Of a DNA stretch of 64,000 nucleotides, positions 26,349-39,200 are shown piece after piece. The notes under the pieces are model-generated. The model ran no database searches. It was not told the origin of the DNA and worked only from the letters and a program-made list of their open reading frames with translations. Made by a program: the position numbers and the translations under genes. The DNA is from Convolutriloba macropyga. Lineage: Eukaryota. The number at the start of each line of letters is the position of its first letter. Within the stretch, counting starts at the first letter, position 1. The DNA is taken from the NCBI RefSeq assembly GCF_964194025.1, contig NC_134474.1, positions 21,638,001 through 21,702,000 on the forward strand, read 5' to 3'.

Positions 26349-26965
26349 TGTTGGGTTATGGACTTTCGCAAGCGGAATAAAAAGCGTTTTTAACTAAGTA
26401 AAAGAATTAATTTCTCAAAAATGAGAGAATAACAAAATGATATTTCACAGTAGAATTTAGAGATTTACAGGAGAGATCTGATTATTAGATCAAGATGGTG
26501 ATTTGAATTTGGGGATGAAAAAGGACTCAAAAATCAGCTGCAAATATACCCATTATCCATTATCAGTGTGAAAAAGTCAAGATACAAAACTAAACGTAGC
26601 ACCGTGATTTATAGTGGGGGTCGCAAAGGTTACCCAATATGGTTTGCTTGTGCAAATCACTCGCAAAGGAAACCGTAAACGGAATGCATTTGCACTTTTC
26701 TAAGAATTCATTCACGCTTCCGGAGATATCATCATCATTTAATACATGCTGGGAAGATTTTACATATATTAATCTAACTCTAAATATTAGTTATCTAGGT
26801 TCACCAATTTGAACCGAATATTGATTCTAAGCACCATTTCTTGACGATTCATTTACTTAATTTCTTTGATCGAAGTCATATTGCTTGTCTTTCTAATCTG
26901 GTAAGTCAAACTTTCTTTCTAATTCTCACTAAGTTAAAGACTATAGTTTGATCGATATTTTAACA
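26349..26965 (-). repeat. copia 5' LTR (617 bp)
   Basis: tgttggg...ttaaca, direct repeat of 21457-22033. Confidence 0.95.
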
Positions 26966-26970
26966 CAACG

Positions 26971-27850
26971 GATTGTTTGAGTTTGCTGTTTTTTTCCAAA
27001 TTCGATTCTCCATTTTCGTCTCCATGAAAGGGGATCTCGACAAAAACCTCTTTTTTTCTTGTGCTTTCCAGTTATTTGGAGTTGCGGTTGCTTGACTTGA
27101 CTGTAAGTTGAATACAGGGTTCCTAGTTTTTGCGATTGGTACACATTAAGTTTATTTGACTGGTTTGTTGACTGCTTTGAGCTTCAAATCTTGTAAAAAT
27201 TTAAAATTTCTCGTCATTTAACGCTGTCCTTGTGTGCTCACAATTATTGGATTAGAAATGTAGATGACTAGTGCTGTTGCTCATAGGTACAAATAGATCT
27301 AGCACCTCCGTCTGTTTTTTGACTCGGTCATAGTTTTCCAGCTTCGCTGATAAGAACACTGGCTGTCTGTTTCGTGCGTTTTTGAAGTGTTTGAGAAGTG
27401 ACTTACGTGCCCAGATTCTGTCCTTATGGTGATCGTAGATAAAATTTATAATTACTCCTGGTGGGTTATTAACGTCTTTGACAGGTCCAAGAGGATTACA
27501 AGCAACTAAATCAGCTAGACAACGGTCAATTTGTTCAGACGTATTTGGAAAAAGTAACACGTCATCTCACAAATGGGCCTGAAATTCAACAGGTAAATTG
27601 TTAATAATGAGGCATAACTTGAAATTGTATCTTTCAGTTTCTCTATATCGCAGCTTCAAACAATTTAATTCCGCCGGTCAACTCCTTAATTTGGACTTTT
27701 TGTTTGTTATTTTGGTCCAAAGAAACATTAAAGTCTTTTTAATCGGTTCTGAAGTATCAGCAAAATCAATAAATTTTTAATTTGAAATTATTTTTTTTGT
27801 TGTGTGATCACGCCTTTACATTAGGGGATATTTTGCAAGGGATGTATAAT
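26971..27850 (-). pseudogene. LINE ORF1 (coiled-coil + L1-type RRM-like nucleic-acid chaperone), disrupted
   Basis: RETERYNFKLCLIINNLP (~27590-27650) followed by DLVACNPLG...IINFIYDHHKDRIWARKSLLK...PVFLSAKL (ORF 27252-27560), typical of CR1-group ORF1; lies upstream of ORF2. Confidence 0.7.
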
Positions 27851-28729
27851 AATAGGGCTTGCAGTATTTTGGTTCTGTTTGAAATAGCTTGGCTGTGTGC
27901 AACACAGTGTGAAATAGTTCAGTTCAGTTTGCATCAAAAGAAGCGACAAAAGAAGCGACCGTTTCTTGTGTAACACGTGGCCACATTCAACTACGTTCTA
28001 TTTTGGCTCCAAATCCAAACTTTGGTTTTGATTTGTTACGGTATCAAGAAAGCTACATCAACTAATTAAAGGATTTTGAAGGATTTGTATCTGTTCTAAA
28101 GAAACTGTCCTGGTAAATTATATATCTTTTTTGCTAAATTAAACTTTGTTTAGACTTTTTTGTCTCGAAACATCTTGTTTCATTATCATCACAAGTTTCT
28201 TCTTTTGAAGACAGAAAAAACAATGTTAATGGGTTTGAAAGACCAAGGTTGGCTGTATATAAATTTCGTTTCTCAGTCGTCAGAGGGCGATAAGTAGAAC
28301 TTTGCCAAATTTTGCATTGATGGTTATCATGCAAGATAGCACTTCCTATGAGTTGCTTATAACGTAGTCGGGAGACTTCAGTGATCCAAAAATTCATTTT
28401 TGTGGAGCAAGATATCTTGAACTTCAATCAAAAAAATAATAGCTGAATATTGGAATCTATACAGCGGGCAATTTATTTTAAAACACTCAAATTGATTTGA
28501 GGCAAAAGACCTGTGCCCATGTACTCAGCCACTTAGTCCCAAGTTTCTCAGAATCTCAGTTATTTCTTTGTTTTTGCGGCTGTTTAAATATAGGACTGCC
28601 AGGTGATACCTATGGTGTCACAAATTGATACTCTGATATCAATTGTTCTAAACGAAGCCAGCATATTGACTATGAAAAATGAAACTGTTTCGTTAAAAAG
28701 ATCGTTATTTTTAAAGTTTTTTTGGAAAA

Positions 28730-28855
28730 AAAGATGGCTACTTTGCAAGATACTGCAAGAATTTGCAAGACTCTGATATGATTATGTTGAATTCGGCGAG
28801 AGTCTTGCATGATTCTCGCAAGATCTTGCAGGATAACCGTCACTTTGGACTAGAG
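28730..28855. repeat. remnant (one end) of a related ggttatcttgcaag-type MITE
   Basis: ttgcaaga repeats ending ggataaccgtcactttggactagag, similar to the ends of the 9327 and 31394 elements; partner end uncertain. Confidence 0.4.
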
Positions 28856-31393
28856 TTAAACAGCTTTATCATATTCACACTAATTTTTGTAAATTTATCA
28901 CATTCACCCTTTTCACTATTTATCTTGTGTACTATCTTTTATGCTTTTCTAAGCAGTGAATTACAGATACTCATTTGCCGAATTTGTACATTGAAAGGAA
29001 ATAAATTAACTGCTAAATTTTTTTTCAACAAAAACCCTATTTACTTTTTATCTATTAAAAGATTAGCTAGGCCTTTTTTAGGCCAATACAAAAACTGCAA
29101 GGAATACTGGTCACACTTGATTATCGGCTGTCTAGGTGAAAGAAAATCCTCACAAATGGAAGCATGGTTTTATCATGGGACGGGGAAAAACTTCATAATA
29201 AGAAGCATGATTTTTTTAGTAGACGTCAAACTTCGCGGGTCAAAAATTTATAAAAGATTTTTGCTGAAAAGCTCTCAAATCCAAAAAATTTAGGCCAGAA
29301 AACCGAAGATACTAGTGCGCCAGGAGATTTAAATTGTTCTGAATAATCAGAAAGTGCAGCTAAAACTATACTAGTGTTGTCACAGTCCCCACTCTGCGCT
29401 GTCTTGGCCATTACTTAAGCCCTTGGTCATCGATTCCTGAAATTCTTCCCTATTGATCTGATTACCTGATTCTATTAAAATACCGTTTTGCACGAAATGC
29501 GCAAAATTTTCAGCGTATTTCATTAGGGCGCTTCATCGGGTTTCTTAACAATGTTCAAATGTATATAGAAAATCCGCTGAAAATTTTTAACAAAAGTGCT
29601 GAAATTTGAGCTCATTTCTTACAAAATTTCAGCGTGTTATCAAAAATAGTCAGCTCAAAAGTTTTCTTGATAATTTAAGAGTCAAAAATAATGAAAAAAG
29701 GAATCTATATGGGAATCATTCTTGTGAACAGAGGAAATATTTTGCACGTTGTAAAGACAGCAAAAGAATGTTAAATGTATGGTTGCGCCTTATTGTTTCC
29801 AATTTGCACTACCTGTTCTTTTATACTTTATCGACTATCCAAGCAAACAGAACTCTACATTTTCACCTCAAAATGCGTTTGGGAATGCAACAGATTTGAA
29901 AGAAAGTACATTTATTGCTGAGAGAATCAAAAATAATGGAAAAAAAGGTTTGATTTAAATCGGTTTAAGTAAATAAATGTCAAAATCATTAACTTGTTGT
30001 AAGTGAACGGTGACAACACAAGCGAATCCCATTAACTATTCAGCTTTTAACTTTCTTGCTTTTACTGAGGGGCACACAATTGGAGAAATTTTACTCTCAT
30101 TTTTCAATTATTCCAAGTGAAAAATTTGGTTCAACCTCCATATTTTGGTGGTGAGTCAGAAATTTTAAGTTAATCTGGCTCTTTGGATGGATCTTTTGCG
30201 GACAGATACAAAAGTCGTGTATTATAAAACTGAATTGATCGCTGAAAAATTGTTCTTAGTTTTCTGGTTGCCCGAGTTAAAAAGGACGATTAAAATTTTC
30301 AAAACTTATCACAAATCTTGTCTGTATTCCATCAGGACGCTTGAATTTAACCAAATTTTAACTTAAGTTCGTTTTTTCTTCAACTTATTTTAATAACTGC
30401 GGTAGGGATAGCTCTGCTGAGCTATTAATGGTCTTTTTTTGTGATTTAGAATGGCCTTCATTTAGAATATTAAAAGTGTTTTATCACGAGTTTTTCGGTT
30501 TTTGAGAGCAAGTTTTGTGTTCAAGAGCCACATATTGATTACGGTTATCGGTATTTTTTCTGTCCACTTTTTATCGAAAGAAATCAAATGTGATAAGTGT
30601 GCTTAATAGGTTTTAGCTCAGTTTTTGTGAATCCAGCAATGAGCAACTAACGGCATTTGTGAGTTTGATTCTATTTGTATTCTTGTAATATTAGTGAGTT
30701 CTTATAATTATACGTCTCCGTTGTCCATTTTTTTTGCCTAATCAGTTTATTTCACCAATCAAAAGTGCCTTAGGTCTTCTAAAGACACATTATTTGAACT
30801 GCTGAATGTTTTTAATGAAAATGTCTGCTTATATATTCATTTTTATGACAATTTTCATGCCGTTTTGTTGATTTTTTTAAAATTCACACTTATTTTTGAT
30901 TGCTCAGTTTGTTTTCATTGACAGGTCAAACTTCTCAGACACCATTGGTTCTTAATGGAATATTAGTTTAAACTGTTGAATGTTTTCAAATGGTTGTTTC
31001 TGGTAGTCGCTAAGAACACCTTCTTAATAAAAATTATCTTTGGTTGTGTGTTTGCGCATCTTGTTTATCAGTATTGATTCATCCGATTCGCTTTCAGTGG
31101 AGTCATGATTTTTGTGGACAAGAGATTCTCAGCAAACAAAAATCAATTTAGTCCGGAAACCTTGTTGAAAGCGTTTGGTAAATTCATCCTACACGCTTTT
31201 TTCGATCAAAGATTAAGCAATGTGGTGTTCTGCCTTATGACGGAGGATATATTAAAATGTTTACGGCATTTGCCTCATTTGAAGTGGCTGCGTTCTCGCA
31301 AAAATTCTTAAAGGTATCTGACCAGTTTGCTCTCTACCGACCCATTATCCACTTCTATTACATTGCCTGGCCTACAAAATTGCGTAATGGTTG

Positions 31394-32655
31394 CCCTAAT
31401 TGAGAATCGATGGTTATCTTGTAGGAATCTGACACATTCTGGCAGAAAACTACAAAACGAAACATCTTCTGGTCGAAATTTCTGCTAGATTCCTGAAGAT
31501 AACCATTTTTCTGCCAGATTCCAAGAAGATAACCTTTTTCTGTCAGGTTTCTGCAAGATAACCATTTTCCGCCAGATTCCTACAAGATAACCGTTTCTCT
31601 GCCAGATTATTACAATATAACCATTTTTCTGCCAGAATCCAACAAGATAACCTTTTTCTGCCAGGTTCCTACAAGATAACCATTTTCCGCCAGATTCCTA
31701 TAAGATAACCATTTCTCTGCCCGATTCCTACAAGATAACCATTTTTTTGCCAGATTCCAGCAAGATAATCTATTTCTGCCAGGTTTATACAAGATAACCA
31801 CTTCTCTGCCAGATTATTACAAGATTACCATTTTTACGCTAGATTCCTAAAAGATAACGATTTTCCTGCAAAAATCCTACCAGATAACTTTTTTTTGCAA
31901 GATTCCTACAAGATAAGCATTTTTGAGCCTGATTCAAACTAGACAGCCATTTTCTTGTCACAATCCTATCAGAAGAAACTTTGTCTGGCTAAATGTTCAA
32001 AAACAGTTTTTCTGAGGGAGTTTTTTAATGCAATGCATTTATCGCATTTAATAAGTTTAATGTGTCATTCATAACGTTCGTAATCTATTCTAAAAATAAT
32101 CAAATGAAATATCTCTTCACATTATGACTATCCCCCGGGGAAAAACTTGAATAATCAACTAATTGTTTTTTAAGAGCCAGAATGAATTCGCTTGTGGTTG
32201 GTTTTGAAAAAACAAAAATCAATTTTGAAAATGAATAAACGTTCAAGAGCAATACAAATGCAGAAAAATTATAATGAAATTTATTCGTAAACCATTCTAT
32301 CAAGCAACTTTTTATCAAGCAAGATGTAGCAGTTTTGCGCTTTTTTCTATCAATAAAGCAACTGTACCGCAAATAATTTGCTTGAAAACTAGAAAGGAGC
32401 AGTTTTGATGTTATCGACCAAATGAAATACAGCTCACCTGGAACGATCTATTTTGAATTACACCAGAATCTTGTAAGGTAACCATTTTTCTGGCAAATTC
32501 TCCCAGGTGAACATTTTCGGGGAGAAACTGCCAGATAAATCATTTTCTGGCACGACCTAGCAATATTATCATTTTTCTGCCAGATTCTGGAAGATAACCA
32601 TTTATTTGCCAGGGTCTGATATTCCTGAAAGGAAACCATCCGGTCTCGACTATGG
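31394..32655. mobile_element. non-autonomous DNA transposon (1262 bp), CCC...(G/T)GG termini, 2-bp TSD, CMC/EnSpm-like
   Basis: Left ccctaattgagaatcgatggtt vs reverse complement of right end ccatagtcgagaccggatggtt; TG on both sides (31392-31393, 32656-32657); ~30-bp subterminal arrays near both ends. Confidence 0.65.
31480..31975. repeat. ~30-bp minisatellite (GCCAGATTCCTACAAGATAACCATTTTTCT), ~16 copies; further copies at 32460-32640
   Basis: Units start at 31571, 31601, 31631, 31660 and so on; an inverted copy lies at ~31410-31435. Confidence 0.92.
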
Positions 32656-35018
32656 TGCATACTGCTTCTTTCATCGTTGTTTTGCTGCAGATTTTTTTTA
32701 CCTTAATTACAATTTTCTTTCAACTCCGTTTCTCTAGACGTTGCGACTTTTGACGAACATCTCTACAGTTCTTTAAAATCAGGCTTCGCAAATCTTACCA
32801 AACGTCTAGAAACGCTATAATAGAAGTATTAGCAAGAAAATTTTCGGCCTTTTATTCTGAATTTCGGATTGCCTCTATTTGAAGCTGAAGAGAGTTATTT
32901 CAAGATAGAGCAAGTTCAAAAGTGTTGGTAAAACAAAACATTCTTTGGTCAGAAATACAGTCAAAATTTTGTTCATTGAAAAGATAATCAAATACTTAAC
33001 GAATGATTTCTCCAGTCGGGATGATCAAAAAACGACACATTTTAATATCAAATATTTGATGTTCGTTTTCAAACGCAAAAAGCTTCAGAATTTGAACATC
33101 TGTCGGAATTATCGATTTTATACATAGTAAAAAATAGGCGCCTTATTCTCAAAAACATCGAATCTTTGGTAATTTTAGCTGAATCAACACCAGAAAGTCT
33201 TGGTATTTGGTTGGAATATAAGAAATCGTCGGTAGGGTTGGTTTGAAAGGTAAGGAATATTTAGATTTTTCGACGCCCAACTAAGAGTTTTCTGTATTCA
33301 TCAGAATCTACGGTAGCATTATTATGCAAACGTACAAAGTCTGCATTTTCCATTTTTGCGTGATTTTGGCAGCAAATGCAAACGTAAAAGATCGTAGCGT
33401 TCAATATCCTTTTTGTCATTAAAAAACATGACATGGCCAGTCCTGAATTTCAATTAGAAAAATTGAACAGACAGGAGGCATAACCATCAGTCTCCTTATA
33501 AGAACAACCTCCAATAATAAACAATTCGTAAACCAAAACATTCACGAAAGTAAACAGAGTATAAAGAAAATCCAAAACAAAATTTATTTAATTTCACTTT
33601 CAAAAAATAAGATTATAAAAATTGTTATGTTCAACAACGTCAATTCAAAAAACTCAGTAAGTGAGAGTTTAAAGAGAAGACTCCACTTTACTAGAAAGCC
33701 ACTGAGAAACGAAGTAAAATGACAAAAAAACATTTGGTAAGGCCTCTTACGACTTCTTTGAAAATGAGTGGCATCAAAGTCATGGAAACATTAAAAGAAA
33801 ACCTGAACGCTTCAAGTTCTCTCCCACTATCTATAAATAGAAAGCATAAATCAAATTTAACTAGAACAATAAACAAAAACTGTGGGACCTCGTTAAAAAC
33901 GACGCAACAAATGCATACAACAATCAAAAGTTAAAATTTTTTTGAAAACAAATGTTGCCAAAGTGAATAAAACCAAAAGCAGTTAAATTAAGCCCTTATA
34001 GCAATAAAACATGACTGTCTAGAAAACAAACGAAACCTTTTTTCAGTAACTATGTTACAAAACAAGAGAAAAACAATTACGGAATACGGGCGATTTACAA
34101 TAAATCATGATTATTTTTTTTTTGAAAAAATCTCAAAAACTGTTAGCTTTGAGTAAAATGATTAAATAAAATCAACCACGAACCATTAGAAAACCTACAG
34201 ACATGCAGTTAAAAAGACTAAATGACAAAACAAATATTGCAATTACCAGGACTCGAAATCACCAAAAAATTAAGTAATAATGCTCAAAAATAGTCGCGCC
34301 AAATCCGTTAAAATTTGCAGTTATGAATTGAAGCATTATATTAGTTCAAAAATGCCCAATTACTTGAACAATGGGATTGATCGTAAGCGAGACGAAGTTA
34401 CAAACGAAAAAGGCTGCAAAATCCCACAAAATAATAATATTGCTTTTCGAACGCAACTCGTATCTTGCAAAGTCCTTAAAACCGTTTGATATGAATGAAA
34501 ATTTTTAACTGATCAAATTGTTACTCATGAAAAGTGTATTTGAAGAGGTAGATAATTAGGCTGAGTTATAGAAAGATAAAAAAACGATAATAGAAGAAAA
34601 ATCCAAATGTTCTTTAACTTTTTTGCAAACAATTTTTTGTCAAATTCGTTAAAATTGTTTGATTTCCATGGAGTACTGCAAATTGACATTTCCTTGACAA
34701 GAAAAGGTCAAAAAAGCGTGAACAGAACTATAAGAAAAAGACAGCACACTAATAATATTCAAAATTTTTGAAATTTAATACAGAATTGTTACATTGATGG
34801 AGTTTCAATCCATTAAAGTCACACTCACTGAGTTTTTATGTGGTCATGAGAAATCAAATATCTAACTCATTTTCTCATGGTTTTCTGTGCGAACGTGTGC
34901 GGTTCTTGAAAACGAACGTGCGGTGTTTTTCTATATTCATAACAGGAAAAAATGACTTTTTTGCTCGTTTCAAGTCAAACATACCTACAAACGATTTCCG
35001 ACGCTCGTATGAACATAC

Positions 35019-35467
35019 CTGTGATACCGAAGAAGAAATTGAAGGGTTGTCGTTGTTCGTCTATAACTCCAAAGCCTAACCAACTATACCGACATTTTCC
35101 CAGGTTTGTAATCCGAGATTTCAGGAGTAAGATTACTTACACCTGAATGGAGAAAATTTTTACTTTTAGTTGAGAGCCGATTTTTTTTTGTCGTTGCTTT
35201 GGAGAGATGGCGTGAAAATATTATGTTCACAATAAGTAAAAACATGATTTTCCTTTTTCTCATAGAAATTTAAAAAATATGCATTACCCTGGCTAGGTTT
35301 AAATTGCTTTCCTCGATCATTGCATAGCGATGATTTGCCATCAGGGTTCCGATGGAAGTCATTTCTCCCTTGAGTACGAAGTCTTGATAGATAACATGAG
35401 GAGTAACAAGAAGTACCCAAGACACTAGAATTCCAATGAACACTCGAGTGAGTAAGTCTGGTCTCAT
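35019..35467 (-). pseudogene. candidate spliced gene or pseudogene start: exon 35467-35288 and exon 35142-35019; possible secreted or membrane-anchored protein
   Basis: ATG plus hydrophobic N-terminus (MRPDLLTRVFIGILVSWVLLVTP), donor AGG|GTAATG, 145-bp intron with ACTAA and ttttctccattcAG, second exon ending CAG|GTATGT; joined frame has one TAA, then VILLLKSRITNLGKCRYSWLGFGVIDEQRQPFNFFFGIT. Confidence 0.35.
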
Positions 35468-35891
35468 TTGCTCGGTCGCTTGGGTTCTTAGTATTTAACC
35501 GCGTGTTAAAACTGAGAGCACGAAATCTGGCTATTGAAAATACGAAATCTTTCTTCTCATGAAAATTAATGATCAACCGACGAGATTTATATCCAAATCC
35601 AAACTTCTGATTTGTTATCTATATATTGAATATATAATCTTGTCAGGTAAACGATGACCGATTCTATAAAAGTTGTATATATTTTTTTCGTTTTTTGCTG
35701 CAAGATTTTTAACCTCGTTACCGGAGTCTCAATTTTTTAGCTGCTTTCATACGCGGATTATATAAGATGTCAAACAAACCATTACGTATTCAACAGTATA
35801 TATCTATCTTTTTTTTCATGGAAATAAGGAGACTATATATAACCTTTGAATAAACACAATACAGGTCCAGGTTTCGTCGAAAAATAATTTA

Positions 35892-36209
35892 AGAAATGCG
35901 GTGAACAGGGGTAAAAAATTACTTGTTACCACAAAGCTCTCACATCATTTAGCGATGAATGCAGTGAAAGCGAGAAGATTAGCGACTTTTAGACGCAAAC
36001 CTTGTATTTTCACCGCTTAACCAGTGAAAAAAATAATTCATCGATACCAGCAGGAAGCTGTGAAACTAAAAGTATCTTACAAATCTTACAAATAGCAAAT
36101 CTTACAAAAAAACTCGGCAAAACAATTTACAGTCAAATTGATATTTTTAAACGCTTTTACCGCATTCAGCACTGAAAAGCGTTTTCTCGCGACCATTCAC
36201 CGCAATTCT
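35892..36209. mobile_element. 318-bp MITE with TA flanks (Tc1/mariner-type)
   Basis: TA-agaaatgcggtgaa ... ttcaccgcaattct-TA (13/14 inverted match); second inverted pair agcgatgaatgcagtgaaagcg (35951-35972) vs cgcttttaccgcattcagcact (~36152-36173), 18/22. Confidence 0.7.
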
Positions 36210-39200
36210 TATGATTGTAAATTCAAAGGCAGTTCAATATTGGACAATCTTCTAATCAGGCATTCAAAGTCTCGAAAATCAGAGAATCCTTTGACGAGGC
36301 ATTCAAGGGCTGTCCAATATTGGACAAGCTTCTAATCAGGCATTCAAAGGCTGTACGATATGCAAGAATCTTTCATTAAGGTATACGAAAAGTTCTCAAA
36401 AAACTGAGAATGTTTTGGTTAGGTATTCCACGGCTGTCCGATACCGGAAAATCTTTACATGAGACATTCAAAAGGTGTCTAATATCGGTAATTCCGGTTT
36501 TCAAAGGCTGTCCGATATCTCAGAATCTTGTAATTGGGAATGCAAAACCTGTCCAAAGATCAGAGAATATCAGGCAATCGAATTTGTCGCAAATCTGAGA
36601 AACTTTTATTCAGGTACTCAAAGGCTGTCCAATATTAGAGAGTTTTTTAGTGAGGCGTTCAGAGGCAGTCCGATATCGAAAAAATTTCTAATCAGGCGTT
36701 CACGAGCTTTGCAATATTGAAAAACCCCTTGATCAGTTATTGAAAGGCTGTCCATTACCGGTAAACTATTTAATCAGGTATTCAAATGCTTCCCAATGTC
36801 AGAGAACCTTCTAATCGATCAATTTAAGTCTGTCCAGTATTGGAAAATTTCCTAATCAGGCATTCAAACGCCGCCCAATATCGGAGAAGTTTCAAATTGA
36901 TCATTCTAAAGCTGTACAAAATTGGACTTTTATTTTCACCGCTTAACCAGTGAAAGAAAAATTCATCAATACCAGCAGGAGGCTGTGAAACTAAAAGTAT
37001 CTAAAAAAAATCTTACAAATCGCAAATCTTACAAAAGTACTCGGCAAAACATTTTACAGTGAAATTGATATTTTTCAACGCTTTTACCGCATTCAGCACT
37101 GAAAGCCGTTTTCTCGCAACCATTAACCGCAATTCTTATGATTGTAAATTCAAAGGCTGTCCAATATTGGAGAATCATCTAATCAGGCATTCAGAGTCTC
37201 CAAAATCTGAGAACCCTTTGACGAGGCATTCAATGGCTGTCCAATACTGGATTAGCTTCTAATCAGGCATTCAAAAGCTGTAAGATATCCAAGAATCTTT
37301 CATCCAGGTATACGGAAAATTCTCCAAATCTGAGAATGTTTTGGTTAGGCATTCCACGGTTGTCCGATATCTGAGAATCTTTTAATTGGGAATGCAAAAC
37401 CTGTCCAATGATCAGATAAAATCAGGCAATGGAATCTGTCGAAAATCTGAGAATCTTTTAATCAGGTATTCAAAGGCTGTCCAATATTAGAGAGTTTTTT
37501 AGTGAGGCGTTCAGAGGCAGTCCGATATCGAAAAAATTTCTAATCAGGCGTTCGTGAGCTTTGCGATATTGAAAAACCCCTTGATCAGGTATTGAAAGGC
37601 TGTTCATTACCGGTAAACTATTTAATCAGGTATTCGAAGGCTGTCAAATATAGGAGAATCTGCTAACAAGGCACTCAAATCCTGTCCAGTATCGGAAAAC
37701 TTTTTGATCAGGCATTCAAAGGCTGTACAATATCGGAGAACCTCCTAATCAGGCATTCAAATGCTTCCCAATGTCAGAGAACCTTCTAATCGACCATTAT
37801 ATGTCTGTCCAGTATTGGAAAATTTCCTAATCAGGCATTCAAACGCCGCCCAATATCGGAGAAGCTTCAAATTGATCTTTATAAAGCTTTTCAAAATTGG
37901 ACTTTTATTTTCACCGTTTAACCAGTGAAAGAAAAATCCATCGATACCAGCAGGAAGCTGTGAAACTGAAAGTATCTTACAAATCTTACAAATTGCAAAT
38001 CTTAAAAAAATACACGGCAAAACAATTAACAGTGAAATTGATTTTTTTTAACGCTTTTACCGCATTCAGCACTGAAAACCGTTTTTTGGCAACCATTCAC
38101 CGCAATTCTTTTGATTGTAAATTCAAAGGCTGAACAATATTGTAGAATCTTCTAATCAGGCATTCAAAATCTCCAAAATCTGAGAACCCTTTGACGAGGC
38201 ATTCAATGGCTGTCCAATCCTGGATAAGCTCTAATCAGGCATTCAAAGGCTGTACGATATCCAAGAATTTTTCATTCAGGAATACGGAAAGTTCTCCAAA
38301 CCTGAGAATGTGATGGTTAGGCATTCCACGGTTGTCCGATGTCTGAGAATCTTTTAATTGGGAATGCAAAACCTGTCCAATGATCAGACAAAATCAGGCA
38401 ATCGAATCTGTCGAAAATCTGAGAATCTTTTAATCAGGTATTCAAAGGCTGTCCAATATTAGAGAGTTTTTTAATGAGGCGTTCAGAAGCAGTCCGATAT
38501 CAAAAAAATTTCTAATCAGGCGTTCATGAGCTTTGCGATATTGAAAAATCCCTTGATCAGGTATTGAAAGGCTGTCCATTACCGGTAAACTATTTAATTA
38601 GGTATTCAAAGGCTGTCAAATATAGGAGAATCTGCTAACCAGGCACTCAAATGCTGTCCAGTATCGGAAAATTTTTTGATCGGGTATCCAAGGGCTGTCC
38701 AAGTTCGGAAAACTTTCTAACTGATCATTCTAAGTCTGTCAAAAATTGCAAAAAAACTTTTGACAAGCATTCAAACGCTGTCCGATGTCGGAGAGTATTC
38801 TAACAAGGCATTCAAAAGGCTCTGCATAACTGCAGAATCTATTAATCAGTCATTGAAAGGCTGTCCAATATCGGAGAACCTCCTAAGCAGGCATTCAAAT
38901 GCTTCCCAATGTCAGAGAACCTTCTAATCGATCAATTTAAATCTGTCCAGTATTGGAAAATTTCCTAATCAGGCATTCAAACGCCGCCCAATGTCGGAGA
39001 AGTTTCAAATTGATCATTCTAAAGCTGTCCAAAATTAGACTTTCATTTTCACCGCTTAACCAGTGAAAGAAAAGTTCATCGATACCAGCAGGAAGCTTTG
39101 AAACTAAAAGTATCTAAAAAAACTTACAAATCGCAAATCTTACAAAAATACTCGGCAAAACAATTTACAGTGAAATTGATATTTTTTAACGCTTTTACCG

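Larger units (their letters stand above)
21457..26965 (-). mobile_element. Ty1/copia LTR retrotransposon, structurally complete (5.5 kb) but coding-defective
   Basis: Two TG...CA LTRs, TSD CTACG (21452-21456) / CAACG (26966-26970, 4/5), PBS, PPT, and domain order gag-PR-IN-RT-RH. Confidence 0.97.
18541..27990 (-). mobile_element. near full-length decayed CR1-group LINE (ORF1 + APE-RT ORF2) interrupted by a copia element
   Basis: ORF1 motifs right of the copia insertion and APE, linker, RT and C-terminal motifs left of it, all on the minus strand in canonical order; 5' boundary approximate, 3' end runs into the gap. Confidence 0.85.

Noticed and set aside
28763-29293. 176-aa ORF
   Set aside because: Non-ATG start inside a repeat remnant, low-complexity AT-rich composition, no recognisable motif
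29400-34900. Coding-like decayed stretches on either side of the 31394 element
   Set aside because: No motif or splice pattern I could support by eye; needs a frameshift-aware homology search
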